Assembly: GCF_006345805.1 (NCBI RefSeq)
Contig: NC_042998.1
Span: 81,158,001-81,222,000, forward strand
DNA: 64,000 nt
Reading direction: 5' to 3'
DNA from: Octopus sinensis
Taxonomy: Eukaryota
A model generated the notes under the pieces. It did no database searches, was not told where the DNA came from, and was given only the letters and a program-made list of their open reading frames with translations. A program made the translations under genes and the position numbers. Shown here in pieces: positions 1 through 14,140 of this stretch (position 1 is its first letter; every line of letters begins with the position of its first letter).

Positions 1-6
1 GCGCCT

Positions 7-57
<51 letters not shown>

Positions 58-81
58 TACATACATACATACATACATACA

Positions 82-117
<36 letters not shown>

Positions 118-120
118 TAC
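7..120. repeat. (CA)n/(TACA)n microsatellite, representative of dozens of AC, TA, GA, TACA, TCTA and TAA tracts across the window
   Basis: Visible directly. These tracts explain the YIYI/CVCV/HTHT/LSLS low-complexity ORFs. Confidence 0.95.
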
Positions 121-1522
121 ATAGATAGATTGATATATTCACATGGTATATATCTTCGTCTTAAGGAGTGTATGTGATTGTATTTGAATATAGTAAAAGT
201 GGAAACAAATACTTATTCACGTATGACCAATGTAGATATCCCAATGTTTATGAGTAGCGATGTATGGATCCATGTGTATATTACTGAGATGGCAACAATG
301 TCCAGGCGACTAACTAGTTGGATCTGAGATAATTTAGAACCTGGAAAAAGGAAACCATGTTGCTCCTACGGAGAGCATTCTCTGTCAGTTACCTGGACTA
401 CTGCTCCCAATCATGATCGCCAGGAAGAGTCAAATTAACGATGGAACTCTGGTCAATCTAACTCTAAATATACAGAGAAGCTTTCCTCAGTGCAACATAG
501 ATTGCTGGAAGAGGCTAAAAGAACTATTGCGTTTGGACATCGCGGAGAGAATAGACCGGCATTTTTACAGTACGGAAGATAAGCGCAGTGCTGCTGTGAT
601 GTGCACGCCCACGACAGCAGCGCCTAACCGATTCTTGATACCGGGTTGTCAAAGATGAAAGCGATAGGATCATATATTCAACAGTTTCCGCAAGAGCATC
701 AAGGCTGTCTTGGGTTCCCAACGAAATATATTTCTTAAATATATTAAGCTTGGACGAATGTCCTATTTCTTTGATATAGGTGTATATCGCGTTTTTTGGT
801 GTTTGTTATTTTTGTCTCTTCGATATCATCTCTTTATAACTCTGTGTCAGTTGCCTTGCTCTCCCTACTATTTACCTAATTCAGTATGTATGTATACACG
901 CACACACACACAAACACACACAGACACACACAGACACACACAGACACACACACACACACCACACGCGCGCATATCTATGTTTCCGTCGTTTTACATGTAT
1001 CGTAATATATTATCAAATTAATATAAATAGTAAATAATATTCATTATTTAGATAAACACATCATAAACGTATAATAACCATACATATGCTTGCAAACTTT
1101 GTTTAATATTCTCAATTTCAACGCAATGTATTCACAAATACAAATACGTTAATATACTTACAGACGCAGGGAATGAGACACAGTACACAAATATAACCAA
1201 ACACGATATATGTTCGCGTGTGAATATCACACATAAATATATTATTCACATATTTAACCAGGCATAAATGAATTATTCCCATGTGCATATGCTTGCATAC
1301 ACACACACACACACGGTCAAATACATATACATATACATATGCATATATATATATATATATATATTCATTAAATATAATCATTAAAAATATGTAGTTTTAT
1401 GCAAAAATATATTTTTCCGCATGCCACAGGAGTAACACATCCAATTATGCATACATAAATATATACACACATACATACAAAAATAAATGCATACAAATAT
1501 TTATGCATATATGTATATACAT

Positions 1523-1583
<61 letters not shown>

Positions 1584-1730
1584 CATATATAAATACATAC
1601 ACATACTTGCAAGCATATATATGCATGTATACGCAAGTATGTATGTGCGCATGTGTTATTGCAGTAGAAGCCCGCGTGAGTTAACTTAAGCCTGTTAATC
1701 TGTATATATACGTTTAGTAATTATTGACGA

Positions 1731-1770
<40 letters not shown>

Positions 1771-1771
1771 T

Positions 1772-1815
<44 letters not shown>

Positions 1816-2475
1816 ATATATATATATGTATATATATATACATATATATATATATACACATGCATACACATATATGTGTGCGTGTGTGTATGTACATATG
1901 TATTTAGATTTAAAAATTTTTAAATGTAGAAAACATTATCTAATCAAGTTTTCGTCACACACTTATATAAACACATTATATGCGTATACGTAACCAGGCG
2001 TGAAGTAATTACGCTACAAAAAAATTTTTCTTAAAACAGTGATTTGTATATATTACCCACCAACAGACTCATACATAGATGCATATAAATGTATGCAACT
2101 ATATAAACGTGGGAATTCGTGTGCGCTCATGCGAAATAAATTCATAAGAAAACTTCCGTATCGATGGATATCGCTTTCATTTCATACACGTATGCACAAA
2201 CAGAAATGTAACTTTCAAATTGTCAGACGTTCGTGATAGTTAAGCTGATTGTATTTAAAGGGGTGTGGGGCAGGAAGAGAAGGAGGAAAAAGGAAGAGTA
2301 GGGGACAAAAAGTGGGTGGACCCATGATAGTGGAGTTTTTTTAAAATATCTATCACCATTACCGTAGGGTTCGTTTAGAGTACGATATCAAAGCGTACGG
2401 TAATAGGGGGCGCTTTCCTTGGGCATAGTACAGAATGTAGCGTGTTTCCGTTGATCAAGATATTCTTCGAGACAT

Positions 2476-2652
2476 AGGCGCCAGCATGGCTGTGCAGTAA
2501 CAAGTTTGTTAACCAACCACATCGTTCCAGGTTCAGTCCTTCTGCGTGGCACCTTGGGAAGTCTCTTGCACAATAACTTCGGCCCAACCAATGACTTGTA
2601 AGTGAATTTGGCAAACGAAAATTGGACGAAGCCCATCGTATATGTTTATATA

Positions 2653-2700
<48 letters not shown>

Positions 2701-2995
2701 AGTGTGTGTGTGTGCGTGTGTGTGTGCGTGTGTGTGCGTGTGTGTGTGCGTGTGTGTGTGTGCGTATGTTTGTGTCTGTGTTTGTACTACATCATCGTTT
2801 GGCAACCGGTGTTGGTATGTTTATGACACTATAATTTAGTAGATTCACAAAGGAAACCGACAGAATAAGTACTAAACTTAAAAAAGACAAAAAAGGCATA
2901 AATAAGTACTAGGGTCAATTCGTTCGACTAAAATTTCTCAGGGCGGTGCCCCATCATGGCCGAATTTGAATGACAGAAACTCGTAAAAGATACGT
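2476..2995 (+). mobile_element. tRNA-derived SINE family A (bipartite, internal microsatellite), decayed copy
   Basis: Head ATAGGCGC..GGCTGTG..GGTTCAGTCC..GCGTGGCACCTTGGG, a (GT)n middle, and a tail ending ATGGCCG..AATGACAGAAAC. It matches other copies in the window (14288, 22400, 52830). Confidence 0.8.
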
Positions 2996-3179
2996 AGCTA
3001 GCTACATGGATAGATAGATACTTAGAGGGAGAGTGTGAGAGACAGAGAAAGGAGGAGGGAGAAAAAGAGAATGAGAGAGGGAGAGAAAAAGAGCGAGTGG
3101 GAGAGGGAGACTGAAAGAAAGAGTGAGACTGAGGGGTTTGAATAGGAGAAAGAGAGAGCGAGGGAAAGAGAGAGAGTGA

Positions 3180-3228
<49 letters not shown>

Positions 3229-3344
3229 CAGACAGAGACAGAGAGAGAGAGAAATGGAGTTAGACACAGAGAGTCACTTCCTGAAATACCTACACCCAAC
3301 CTGACAGAATCATATGGACAGAATCACAGTATTCTGTAACCTGA

Positions 3345-3560
3345 AGGCGGCGATCTGGAAGAAACGTTAGCACGGCCGGACGGAATGTTTAGCAGCATTT
3401 CATCTTCCTTTATGTTCTGAGTTCAAATTTCGCCGAGGTTGACTTTGCCTTTCATCCTTTCGGAATCGATAAATTAAGCACCAGTTGCGTACTGGGGGCG
3501 ATCTAATCGACTGGCACCCCCACTCAAAATTTCGGGCCTTGTGTCTAGAGTAGAAGAGAA
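3345..3560 (+). mobile_element. SINE family B (GGCGGCGAGCTGGCAGAAACGTTAGCACG head)
   Basis: Shares GAGTTCAAATT(C)CGCCGAGGT..GACTTTGCCTTTCATCCTTTCGG with copies at 17398, 37905 and 58200. Confidence 0.8.
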
Positions 3561-4416
3561 TATTCTGCATCCTGACCAGACCCAGACATATCTGTTGATT
3601 TCATTTGTTAGCTTTAAAGACATGATTCATTCCTGAATGTATTGTCGTACTTCTATACTCCCGCGCCGATTTCAATTTATTTTATTGGCTGATATTTTTG
3701 CATTTGTTTAGCTTCTTTGCTGTTCTTAGATTTTGAATTCTCCAACAAGATACGTCTGTCTTCTAGTTGTGACCAGTTCACGACGCATTGCGTTACATAT
3801 ATCAGATTTAACGCACACAATTACAACTGCACGAACATGTTTGTATGTATGTATGTATGTATGTATGTATGTATGTATGTATGTATCTATCTGTCTGTCT
3901 GTCTGTCTGTCTGTGCGCGTGTCTTTACGCGTGCGTTTCTACGTGTGCGTGTGTGTATGCGTGTGTTCGTGTGTGTGCGTGTGTGTGTGTTCGCGTGTAT
4001 TCGGTCGTGTCCAAAATGCAAATCTAGTGAGACTTCTCACTTATGGTGTCCAATCATTCCTCACTTCCTAACCTGGAGAATATTTTCTCTATAAACTTAT
4101 GTATTCGGTACTAAACCGACAGCCATCAAACTGCGCATGCTATCTCAATGGCTGCAAATAGTTTACGTGTTTGCGTGTGATACATATTACAATAAGAGAA
4201 GATTCCTCTGATAACAAGATTTCACTAAAGAGCTGACTGTATGGTCGTGTTTGTTCCAGTTTATTTATGATGAGTTTTGACACGAGACGTTACCACCTGT
4301 GAGTTGGGGAATTACATTATAACAATCAACAGATATGTGCACTTGACCTCAGATTTAAGTGCATTTTCTGGTCACACAGATCTTCGCCAAATGTACTTAT
4401 CTACCACATAAGCATA

Positions 4417-4488
<72 letters not shown>

Positions 4489-4651
4489 GATCTATCTATC
4501 TATTTATCTATCTATTTATCCACCTACCTATCTATCTAGCTCTCTCTCTATATATATACATAAATGTATATACATTTATATGCATATATGGATATACACA
4601 GACATATATATATACACTATATATATACATACATATATATACACATATATG

Positions 4652-4685
<34 letters not shown>

Positions 4686-4734
4686 TATGTATATATATAC
4701 ACATATATATATGTATATATATATGTATATAGAC

Positions 4735-5085
4735 ACATCCGGGATCCGGGACCCCCTTCGGTCACGACACTGACCATGGGATTGCACCTAGAAAGTTACC
4801 CTCCTAGTTACAAGTCTGAGCATGGTTGTTTATGGAAGACCAGCAGTCGCCCATGCATACCGGCCTCCCCACTCCACGCCACCAGTGTTATCCAAGGGAA
4901 AGGCAAAGGCCGATACAGCTTGGCACTCGTGACGTCGCAACTCATTTCTACTGGTGAGTGAACTGGAGCAACGTGAAATAAAGTGTCTTGCTCAAGAACA
5001 CAACACGCAGCCCGGTCCGGGATTCGAGCTCACAACCTCACGATCGTAAGCTCGACGCTCTAACCACTGAGCCATGCGCCTTCAT
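4735..5085 (-). mobile_element. SINE family C with tRNA-Arg(ACG)-like head
   Basis: Minus strand reads GGCGCATGGCTCAGTGGTTAGAGCG (A box), CTTACGATC (ACG anticodon-like loop) and GCTCGAATCC (B-box-like). Confidence 0.85.
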
Positions 5086-5369
5086 ATAGACACATATATA
5101 TGTATATATATATATATACATACATATATATATATATATATATACATATATACATACGCATATATATGTACATATATATAAATATATATATGCATATATG
5201 TATACATATACATATACACATATATTATATATATATATATATTATATCTATACAATAATATGTTACATTACTCGATAGTCAAGATAAAACTCTGAGTTTC
5301 AGATGCCGAAGTGGAAATCCACAACACCATCTCTTCGGTTATCTGGCTATTTGAAAACGCTATGAAAAA

Positions 5370-5752
5370 ATATATGAAGCTACCGTAAACTCTATAACCA
5401 CTAAAGACACCGTTTCGACGAAGAAATACGTGGGCCTTACAGAGGGTAACTTCAAGGCCAGGTTCAATAACCACACTTTGAGCTTTAGGCACTGGAACAA
5501 TAGAAAAGCGACACAATTATCTAATCATATTTGGTCTTTAAGAGATAAAGGTGTCGATTATAACATACATTGGAAGATTTTGGCCAGATGTAAGCCCTAT
5601 ACCAACGGCAGCGGAAGATGCGGTCTATGCGACATGGAGAGATGGCTTATCTGGAAAAGCAGCTTAGACCCTACTACATGTCTAAACACAAGGACAGAAC
5701 TTTTCGGATCATGCCCACATGTGACTAAATTTCTGTTACGTTTTTGGTCCCC
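5370..5752 (+). pseudogene. GIY-YIG endonuclease C-terminal fragment of a Penelope-like (Neptune-type) retroelement
   Basis: IYEATV...YVGLTEGNFKARFNNH...LSNHIW...W.IL....PY......C.LC..E.......LN.R.EL...CPH, typical of PLE endonucleases. Confidence 0.85.
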
Positions 5753-5945
5753 TAAAGAAAACGATATAGAACATGCTCTCTATGTTATGTTCCAAGAAGA
5801 TTTTATATATTTTTATATATTTTTTATATATTTTTTATGTATTTTTATATAATTTTTATGACGAAAAATGCGAGCGATGTATAAGTACGCAGGCAAGCAG
5901 AGTTATAACACAGTAGGTATTTTTTCATAGCGTTTTCAAATAGCC

Positions 5946-6008
5946 AGATAACCGAAGAGATGGTTTTGTGGATTTCCACTTCGGCATCTGAAACTCAGAG
6001 TTTTATCT
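5946..6008 (+). ncRNA. Variant type I hammerhead-like motif (mirror copy on minus strand at 5282-5344)
   Basis: AGATAA/TTATCT helix I, core CCGAAGA, GATG/CATC helix II followed by an extra T, GAAA, helix III ACTC-A-GAGT, site GUU. Confidence 0.5.
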
Positions 6009-6644
6009 TGACTATCGAGTAATGTAACATATTATTGTATAGATAAATTTCCTCTATTTACATAATATTGAGGTTTCTTTCTTTCTTTTGTTATCTTACC
6101 GTTTTACCAATATATATATTATATATATATATATACACACACACATAAACATACAAATACATAATACATATATATGTGTGTACATATTCTTGCACATACC
6201 CACACACGCACACACACTCACATAATCTCACATATAAGCGTATATAACTTTTATCTTTTGCTTGTTTCATTCAATAGATTGCGGTCATGCTGATGCACTA
6301 ACTTGAAAGTGCTTATTAATTTTAGATTTACTACTTATTTTATCGTTCTTATGCCGAACTATGGCTCCTCACACAGACACACGTACCCTTATTTGTTTCT
6401 GTGTTTAGAAAAGAAACAAAATCGTCCCTCATTGTATATTAAGTAGATCTACATTTATTTGAAAATAATACTGTAACAAAATTTTAATTTTTTTAGTCTT
6501 TAGTCAGTAAATGTTATTTCCTCTTTTCTTCTATCTAGATATCAAAGGAAATAACTATTACTCCCTAGAAAGTTTACTTTTGTGACCTAGACATCAATAT
6601 TTTGAAACTGACCTGTTTTCCATTACATTTCAGACAGATTCAGC

Positions 6645-6830
6645 GCTGCGTTGCTGAAGCAGAAATATCTACTCCTTACAACAGATTTGCTTGTCAGTTG
6701 CTTGAGCTTAACACCTTGAGCGTGTCCCTTGGTGGCTGACAATATGTGCATCTGTGATCATGAGCAGGGGTAGTGGGGGAGCATGATAGCCGTGTTTTGA
6801 GTGGAATTCTTTGGGATTTGAATAAATATC
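6645..6830 (+). repeat. Partial copy of the unclassified interspersed repeat also present at 58318-58822
   Basis: Shared CCCTT.GTGGCTGAC.ATAT.TGCATCT.TGAT.A.GAGCAG...TAGTG.GGGAGCAT segment. Confidence 0.7.
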
Positions 6831-7429
6831 TTAACAAATTCAAAGTTTGACGGAAATATCAGCAATTTTCCATACTTTCTAGTAAGCAAATAACAGTTGC
6901 TACCCAAGGATAAGAGTCGTGTTACACAGTGTACTCAATGTTTCACTCTATTTTTACTGGCGAGGGATATAAGTGGTATAATATGGTGAAACATGGCATG
7001 CATTTTGCCTGTTGAAAGGTAGATTCTAAATCTGATTAGATGGACCGAACTTTTGTTGATTTACAGTTGCGAAGGCTCAAGTTATTCGGACTACTGTTGT
7101 ATAAAGGAGATAATCCAGTGCAAATCCATCACCGCCAAGGGCGATAGCAAAGTGGGGATTACTGAAAAGTTTTAAAACTAATGCTTATAGATTTATTGCA
7201 GGTGACAATTTTAAGGAAAGACATCTTGAGAAAAAATTAAACGAGATGGGAACAGATTAAGACACACAGTAAGGTCAACCCTGGTCGTCTCGAGGTTATA
7301 GTTGAAGAGAGTTGCCTAAAGCACCACGCGATAGGACTGAACCACGAACTATGTATTTGCGAAGCCAGCTTCTTACCACATAGCCACGCCCGCCATGCAC
7401 CATTTTAACTCTGTTTTGACAACTTATTC

Positions 7430-7606
7430 TTTTATTTTTTTACTTGTTTCAGTCATTTGACTGTGTTGGAGCACCGCCACGTTGGAGCACCGCCATTATT
7501 TGAATAAATCGACACCAGTACTTATTCTATCAGTCTCTTTTGCCGAACTGCTAAGATACGGAGTCGTAAACACACCAGCATCAGTTGTTAAGCGATGGTG
7601 CGGAAC

Positions 7607-7682
<76 letters not shown>

Positions 7683-7835
7683 CAGGCTTCTTTCAGTTTC
7701 CCTCTACCAACTCCACTCACAAGACCCGAGGCTATAATAGAAGATACTTGCTCAATGTGTCACGCAATGGGACTAAAACCAGAACCATGTGGTTGGGAAG
7801 CAATCTTCTTACCGCACAACCACTCCTACACCTAT
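7430..7835 (-). mobile_element. SINE family A
   Basis: Reverse complement of the family A tail, microsatellite and head. Confidence 0.85.
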
Positions 7836-9316
7836 TATCCGCTATTTTGTAGGAAACCACACTTAGCAACGCATTATTCTTTGGAAATATATCTAAGATT
7901 TTTATGTTTATTTATGGTTTACGAATATTTTCGAAACGCAGAATGCTCATGTACAGTTTTCGAGAGTTATACATTGGAAGTTGTGAGAATGTTGTATGGT
8001 AAAATGATTGTCGTAACACTCTGACCAGTAATTGCCTCTCTAACCGGCAACGACCTTACAGTCTGTAAATCTATAAATTATGATGAAATGAAAAACAATG
8101 AGATCCAACTGCCCTGTGGGCATTAATACATTCCATTATTCACAGTCGTAGAAATTATATATGAATGTAAGAGCTTACTGTGGACAAAGCTGCGTGGCGT
8201 TCGATTATAAATAAATAAAAATTACAAATTAAGTACATCACCAACGAGTGAAAAATACGTAATCCCACGAGAGATAAGTATAGGACAAAATACCAAAACG
8301 TACACAATGGGTGCAGGACATCACCAATGAGTGAAAAAGTGTATGTATGAGCATTCAGCTTCTACCAAACGATCTGCGCATCACGATATGATGAAATGTT
8401 TGTGCCGCATATCAATTTACTCTCTCTCCCCATCAAATCAACGTCATCTGAACAAGTGCATAGTGTACAACGTGTTAGGTGTCGAAATGATCGCGGAGCG
8501 ACGTCAGATGAAGTGTTTTGCTCATGAATACAACGCATCACTCGATCTAGAAATTGAAATCAGGATCGCGAGATCGTGAGTGCAATACTCTAACCACTAC
8601 GTCATGCGCCCTCTCTATCTCCCACACATACACACACACATATAAATGTATGTGTATTTTTCAATGTGTACGAATAAGACGAGAAAAATGAATAAATAGT
8701 TACCAGGGTAGCAGAAGTTTACATAAGTATCAAGGATGTTACAGCCTACTTATAAAGGTAGAAATTCTAGGGTTTAGTGAAATGTTTTTGTATTTCATAG
8801 ATAAATATAGAAATCTAACGAAGAACTGTATTTCATCCTGTTCTCAGAGAATGCTCTTGTAAACATATTTAAAGAACGCGTTTATCGTCGCAAACATTGG
8901 CAAAAACATACTTTTAATTTCTATAAATAATTTCGACCTTTAACTGTCTTCTTACATTTCTTTTCCACAATCTATTTCCACGCCTTTAAGGTTTATTCCT
9001 ATTTGCCTATATTTCCCATTTTTTATTTTTCTGCTAATTTCTTTTTTTCCCTATTTCTATAAATTGCCTTTGACGTTAAATCTATTAACGGTCATTAAAA
9101 GAAAATAACATACCAGCGTTCTCTTCATCATATATGCAGTAATCATATTCGGTTAAAATGGCTTATTAAAGTATTTTGTTTCTCTTTTTTTCCCTGATGA
9201 GAAGATCGCATTGTCTTACATTATTTTATTCCCTCTGGAACAATACCAATGTTTTCTTCGAAATATATGGTGGAAGTATAAAGATTTGAATAACACCTGC
9301 GTCTAACTCCATTTCT

Positions 9317-9389
<73 letters not shown>

Positions 9390-9394
<5 letters not shown>

Positions 9395-10090
9395 CAGAAT
9401 GAGATTAAAAAAAAAACAAGGCTTTGAATACTTTTCAGAACATTTATAAAGAGGTCTTACAGCTGTTTCCGGGATATTTTATATATCCCTTCATCAGAGA
9501 CGGTATGAGGAAATGTTTAAGTAATAATTATTGTAGAGAAGATATGAAATACAGAGGGAAGTGAAGGAATGAAAATAGAATTGAGATACGTAAGGATATT
9601 TTATTTGCAGTTCCATTATTTAAGTTTCCTGTACCTTGTGTGTGATTTCCAATGCTGTTCATATTTGGTCATTCCAAGCATAGAATATTGTAAACAGTGT
9701 TATTTGATCGAGGGTTTTTTTTGAGTGACTTAAAAATTGGGAATTTGTTTGTAAGGTCAAATCAGACAGGAAAAGACAAAAAAGAAGAAAAGGGGGAAGA
9801 GAGACAATAAAAAGAGAAAAAAGAGGTGTTTTAGCTAGTGGTCAGGATAAAATGATAGAAAGTAGGGGGAGGTGAGGGAGGGAGAGAGAGAGAGAGAGAG
9901 AGAGGGTAAAGAGTGAAAGAGTGTGAGGTATATTAGCAGGAGTGTTGTGACATAGCTGCATTAAGGGATGGGTAAAGAAAGTGCAGAGAGAAAGTAAGGG
10001 TCGGATGATGTGTAAGTGGGAATTAGTTTTGGTAATAAACTTCAGGTGGAATATATAGTGAAGTTCCTAGAATAGACTGGTTAGTAGAGA
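9390..10090 (-). mobile_element. Penelope-type non-autonomous repeat containing a hammerhead motif; boundaries approximate
   Basis: HHR at 9454-9501 next to (CT)n(TA)n. The right boundary is uncertain. Confidence 0.5.
9454..9501 (-). ncRNA. Minimal type I hammerhead ribozyme, canonical core
   Basis: Minus strand: GTCT-CTGATGA-A-GGGATAT ataaa ATATCCC-G-GAAA-CAGCTG-T-A-AGAC. Helix III is the palindrome ACAGCTGT and the site is GUA. Confidence 0.75.
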
Positions 10091-10362
10091 AGAAATAAAG
10101 AATTTATATTTGTGAAAATGAATACACACATACACGTATCCACACATGTATATAGACATATACATGCATCAACATATATATATACGCATACAAACTCTGA
10201 TATGTTCACACGCATTCACGCCTATAGACACTCATTCGTATCTATTTTGTATATATAAATTCTTGTAAATAAAAAAAATGCATGGAGACTCATACTCGCG
10301 CATAAATGTATGTAAGTGTATATATACACGTACATACCCACCCAGGCGGGTATGTGCACACA

Positions 10363-10420
<58 letters not shown>

Positions 10421-10713
10421 CTACACATACTCATATACAAATCCACGCTTATATAAAATATCTATACCTATACTCGTATATGCTCACCTGTACCCGCTTG
10501 CATGCTCATATATGCATACATACACACGTATATACACACATACATTTATACATGTACATATATACACACGCATATATACACACACATATATAACGCATAC
10601 ATACACATACACCTATATACACAAACCCATACATACGTGTATCCATATGTATTATCATATCTGTATGTATATGTACATACACCACGCATACATACATACG
10701 TACACACACACAC

Positions 10714-10764
<51 letters not shown>

Positions 10765-10790
10765 TATATATATATATATTATATATATAT

Positions 10791-10821
<31 letters not shown>

Positions 10822-10828
10822 TTGTATA

Positions 10829-12210
10829 TATTTGTCGACCTCACAAAAGCATTTGAAACAGTAAGCAGCACAGGACTATGGCTCATCCTGGAACGACCTG
10901 GCTGTCCCACTAATTTTCTACAGATGGTGATCCAGCTACACGAGAACCAGCGTGGCCAGATCAGACTCCACGGTGACCTGTCGGAGCCCGTCCCCATCTC
11001 TAACGGCGTGAAGCAGGGTTGTGTCCTGGCACCGACTCTCTTCAGCATCTTTTTCAGCATGATTCTCAAGCATGCAACTGAAGATCTGGAGGTTGGGGAT
11101 GAGGTGTATGTCAGGTAGCGTCTGGATGGCAGTCTCTTCAATCTACGGCGCATCGAAGCCCACACCAAGACCCAGGAGAAGCTGATCTGAGACCTTCTTT
11201 TCGCGGACGAAGTTGCTCTCGTCGCCCACACAGAGCGACCTCTGCAGTGCATCACGTCCTGCTTTGTGGACGCCACGCGACTCTTTGGTATGGAGGTCAA
11301 CCTCAAGAAGACGGAGGTACTTCACCAGCCTGCACCCAAAGCAGTATACCTTCTACCCCAGATTACCATCTGAGGTACCGAACTGAAATCAACACAGCAG
11401 TTCTCATACCCGGGATGCATCATCTCATTCGATGCAAGGTTCGACAAGGAAATTGACAATAGACTCTCTAAGGCAAATAGCTCCTTTGGCAGATTGTACG
11501 AACATGTTTAGCACAAGAATAACTTGAAGAACAAGACAAGGATCATCGTCTACAGGGCCGTGTTTCTCACCACTCTCCTTTACGGCTCGGAGGCCTGGGT
11601 CACCTGTCGCAGTCACATTCGTCTCCTCGAGCGCTTCCACCAGCGATGTCTCCGCACCACCCCCAACATTCACTGGAGTGACTTCGTCACAAACATTGAA
11701 GTTTTGGAGCAGACCGAGATCTCCAGCATTGAAGCCATGCTACTGAAGTACCACCTCTGATGGGCAGGGCTTGTTTCCAAAATGGAGAACCATCGCCTTC
11801 CTAAGATTGCCCTGTTTGGCGAACCCTCCATCGGCCGCTGTGAGAGTGGAACCCCAGGGAAAGGCTACAAAGACTGCCTCAAAAAGTCTTTCACCGCATG
11901 TCATGTTGACCACCAATGCTGGGCAGACCTGGCTGCGGACCGTGATGCTTAGCGCCACACGATCTTCAACGCGGTCAACGAGTTTGAAGAACACAAAAGA
12001 GACGCACATAAAGACAAGAGACGTAGGAGGAAGGCCCAAGCCGCCTCTGACACCACACCGGATGGACACTGCTGTGGACTCTGCTCACGGACCTGCCTTT
12101 CCCGCTCGGACTTGTCAGTCATGAGCGTGCCTGCAGACGATGTGGACAACCTTCCTAATTTTCGTTCACGAAGCCAAGCCATGATGATGACAATGATGAT
12201 GATGATGATG
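10829..12210 (+). mobile_element. 5'-truncated RTE-clade LINE: RT domain to 3' end with (GAT)n tail, several stops
   Basis: FVDLTKAFETV, GVKQGCVLAPTLFSIFF, LLFADE, LLYGSEAW, LERFHQRCLR, then an ATGATG tail. Confidence 0.92.
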
Positions 12211-12277
<67 letters not shown>

Positions 12278-12419
12278 ATATATATATAGTTATATAATTA
12301 AATGATTGTGATCCTAAAGTAAGAAAAGAGGAGTTAGATAAGGATTAGAAATTAAAATGGATATTTATAAGGTTGTTAGGGATTACCTATGGAGTATTGT
12401 GGAAATTATATATATATAA

Positions 12420-12620
12420 TTTTTAGTTTGGGCACAAGACCTGTAATTATGGAGGATGAAGCTACTCGATTATCTCGACCCCTCTACTCAACTGATATTT
12501 ATTTTATCGATCATCGAAGAATGAAAGCCAATGTTGATCTCGGCGGCATTTGAACGCAAAGCTTAAAATTAGACGAAATGCCGTTAAACGCTTCGTCCGG
12601 GGTGATAACGATTCTGCCAA
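12420..12620 (-). mobile_element. SINE family B, decayed
   Basis: GATCTCGGCGGCATTTGAAC, with the rest similar to the reverse complement of family B. Confidence 0.65.
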
Positions 12621-12773
12621 TGTCACTTCTTTTCGCTATCCCTAGGACTTCAGTTTACACACACACACACACATGCACATCACAGCTGTATGTGTGTGTT
12701 TGTGTGTTCGCTTGTGTTCGTGTGCTCGTTTGTGTTTGCTGCTGTTATGTGTGCGTGTGTGTGTCTGCGCGCG

Positions 12774-12819
<46 letters not shown>

Positions 12820-13433
12820 TGTGTGTGTGTGTGCGTGCGTGCGTGCTGTGTGTGTAATTTATTGCTGATTTATTTATTTATTTTTCTTTTGCCTTCGTAG
12901 AAAATAAAACAATTTTTCTAAGAAACATTCGTTCACTGAAGCAGAAAGAAAATACTTCTCGTCGATATTCGATGGCTTTTACCACAAACTGTTTTCTGAA
13001 CCACGCCGAAATAATAGTCCATCCATTTACACATGTGCAACATAATAATTACAGAAAAGGGTAAACAGGAGAATTGTGTTGTTGTGTGCTGTTCATGCTT
13101 CACTTTATCTTTGAAGAATGGAAACCGAATGTTAAATATCGATTCTGACATCAGAATGAAGGAATTATTCAGAGCTAAGGAATCGGAACGAAACGAATAC
13201 TATTCTACGGCGCCAAGCTAAAATGTGATGTTTATTGTGAAATTGTCACGTGTTTTGGGATTGCATTAAGTTATATATTAAACCTGTTTGTTACAGAAAG
13301 TCGATAGAAATCACTGCGTAAAAACAGAAATATAACTGAGGTTAAATATGGGTCTACGTGAAATGAAACTAATTGAAAGAGGTAGATGTAATTGATACGA
13401 AACAAAATATTATAATGATCGTTACATGATGTG

Positions 13434-13471
<38 letters not shown>

Positions 13472-13729
13472 TTACAGCTATGAAGTTATTGATGCGAAAT
13501 GTTTTCATTGGTGTGTATATTGTGGATTCAATTTATAGCATCTGGAACTTGTCAACACCGCTATATTATTGCACTTGCTTGACAGAAATGATGTTGGAGA
13601 GGGAATTTTCGAAAGATAAATTGCCTCAAATATTGACTGCTGCTTCTTTTATCAACATTGAAACGAGACACGGTACACTGTTCTAATGATTCATTCGTCT
13701 TTTTAATAACGATATTGATTTAAAATTTT

Positions 13730-14070
13730 GACATAAGGCCAGCAAGTTCTGGGGAGAGAGTAAGTTGATTATATAGGCTCCAGTGCGGCGCTCAGTTTGA
13801 GCTCAGAGTTTAAAGGCGGACGAAGTGAAGTTAAGCATTTTGCTTGGCGTGCTTACGATTCTACCAGCTCGTCGCCTTCTCGCCTTTCCATCGTAATAAT
13901 ATTAGTATTAATAATAATAAACCTTTCTATTATAGGCACAAGGCCTGATATTTGGGATTACATTGACTGGTACTTATTTTATCAATCCAGAAAGTCGACC
14001 ACGGTGAAATTTGAGCTCAGAACGAAATGACGATAGGTATTTTGCCCGTCGCACATACGATTGTAGCTGT
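13730..14070 (-). mobile_element. Two adjacent decayed SINE family B pieces
   Basis: ..TACCAGCTCGTCGCC head remnant and AAAGTCGACCACGGTGAAATTTGAGCTCAGAAC. Confidence 0.6.
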
Positions 14071-14079
14071 TAGCCGGCT

Positions 14080-14140
<61 letters not shown>

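Larger units (their letters stand above)
5245..6111 (+). mobile_element. Penelope-like element fragment with inverted pseudo-LTR arms (5245-5372 and 5918-6045) in (TA)n
   Basis: 128-bp inverted repeat with one mismatch flanking a GIY-YIG endonuclease remnant. Both ends abut TA microsatellite. Confidence 0.85.

Noticed and set aside
250-720. GC-richer segment with faint resemblance to a Penelope GIY-YIG tail (..VHAHDSS.., ..RVVKDESDR..)
   Set aside because: It needs several frame jumps, has no diagnostic motif and no HHR. Not supportable without a profile search.
4990-5085. tRNA-Arg-like sequence (and similar heads of other SINE copies)
   Set aside because: These are SINE heads continuous with SINE bodies. 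No complete acceptor stem or terminator of a true tRNA gene.
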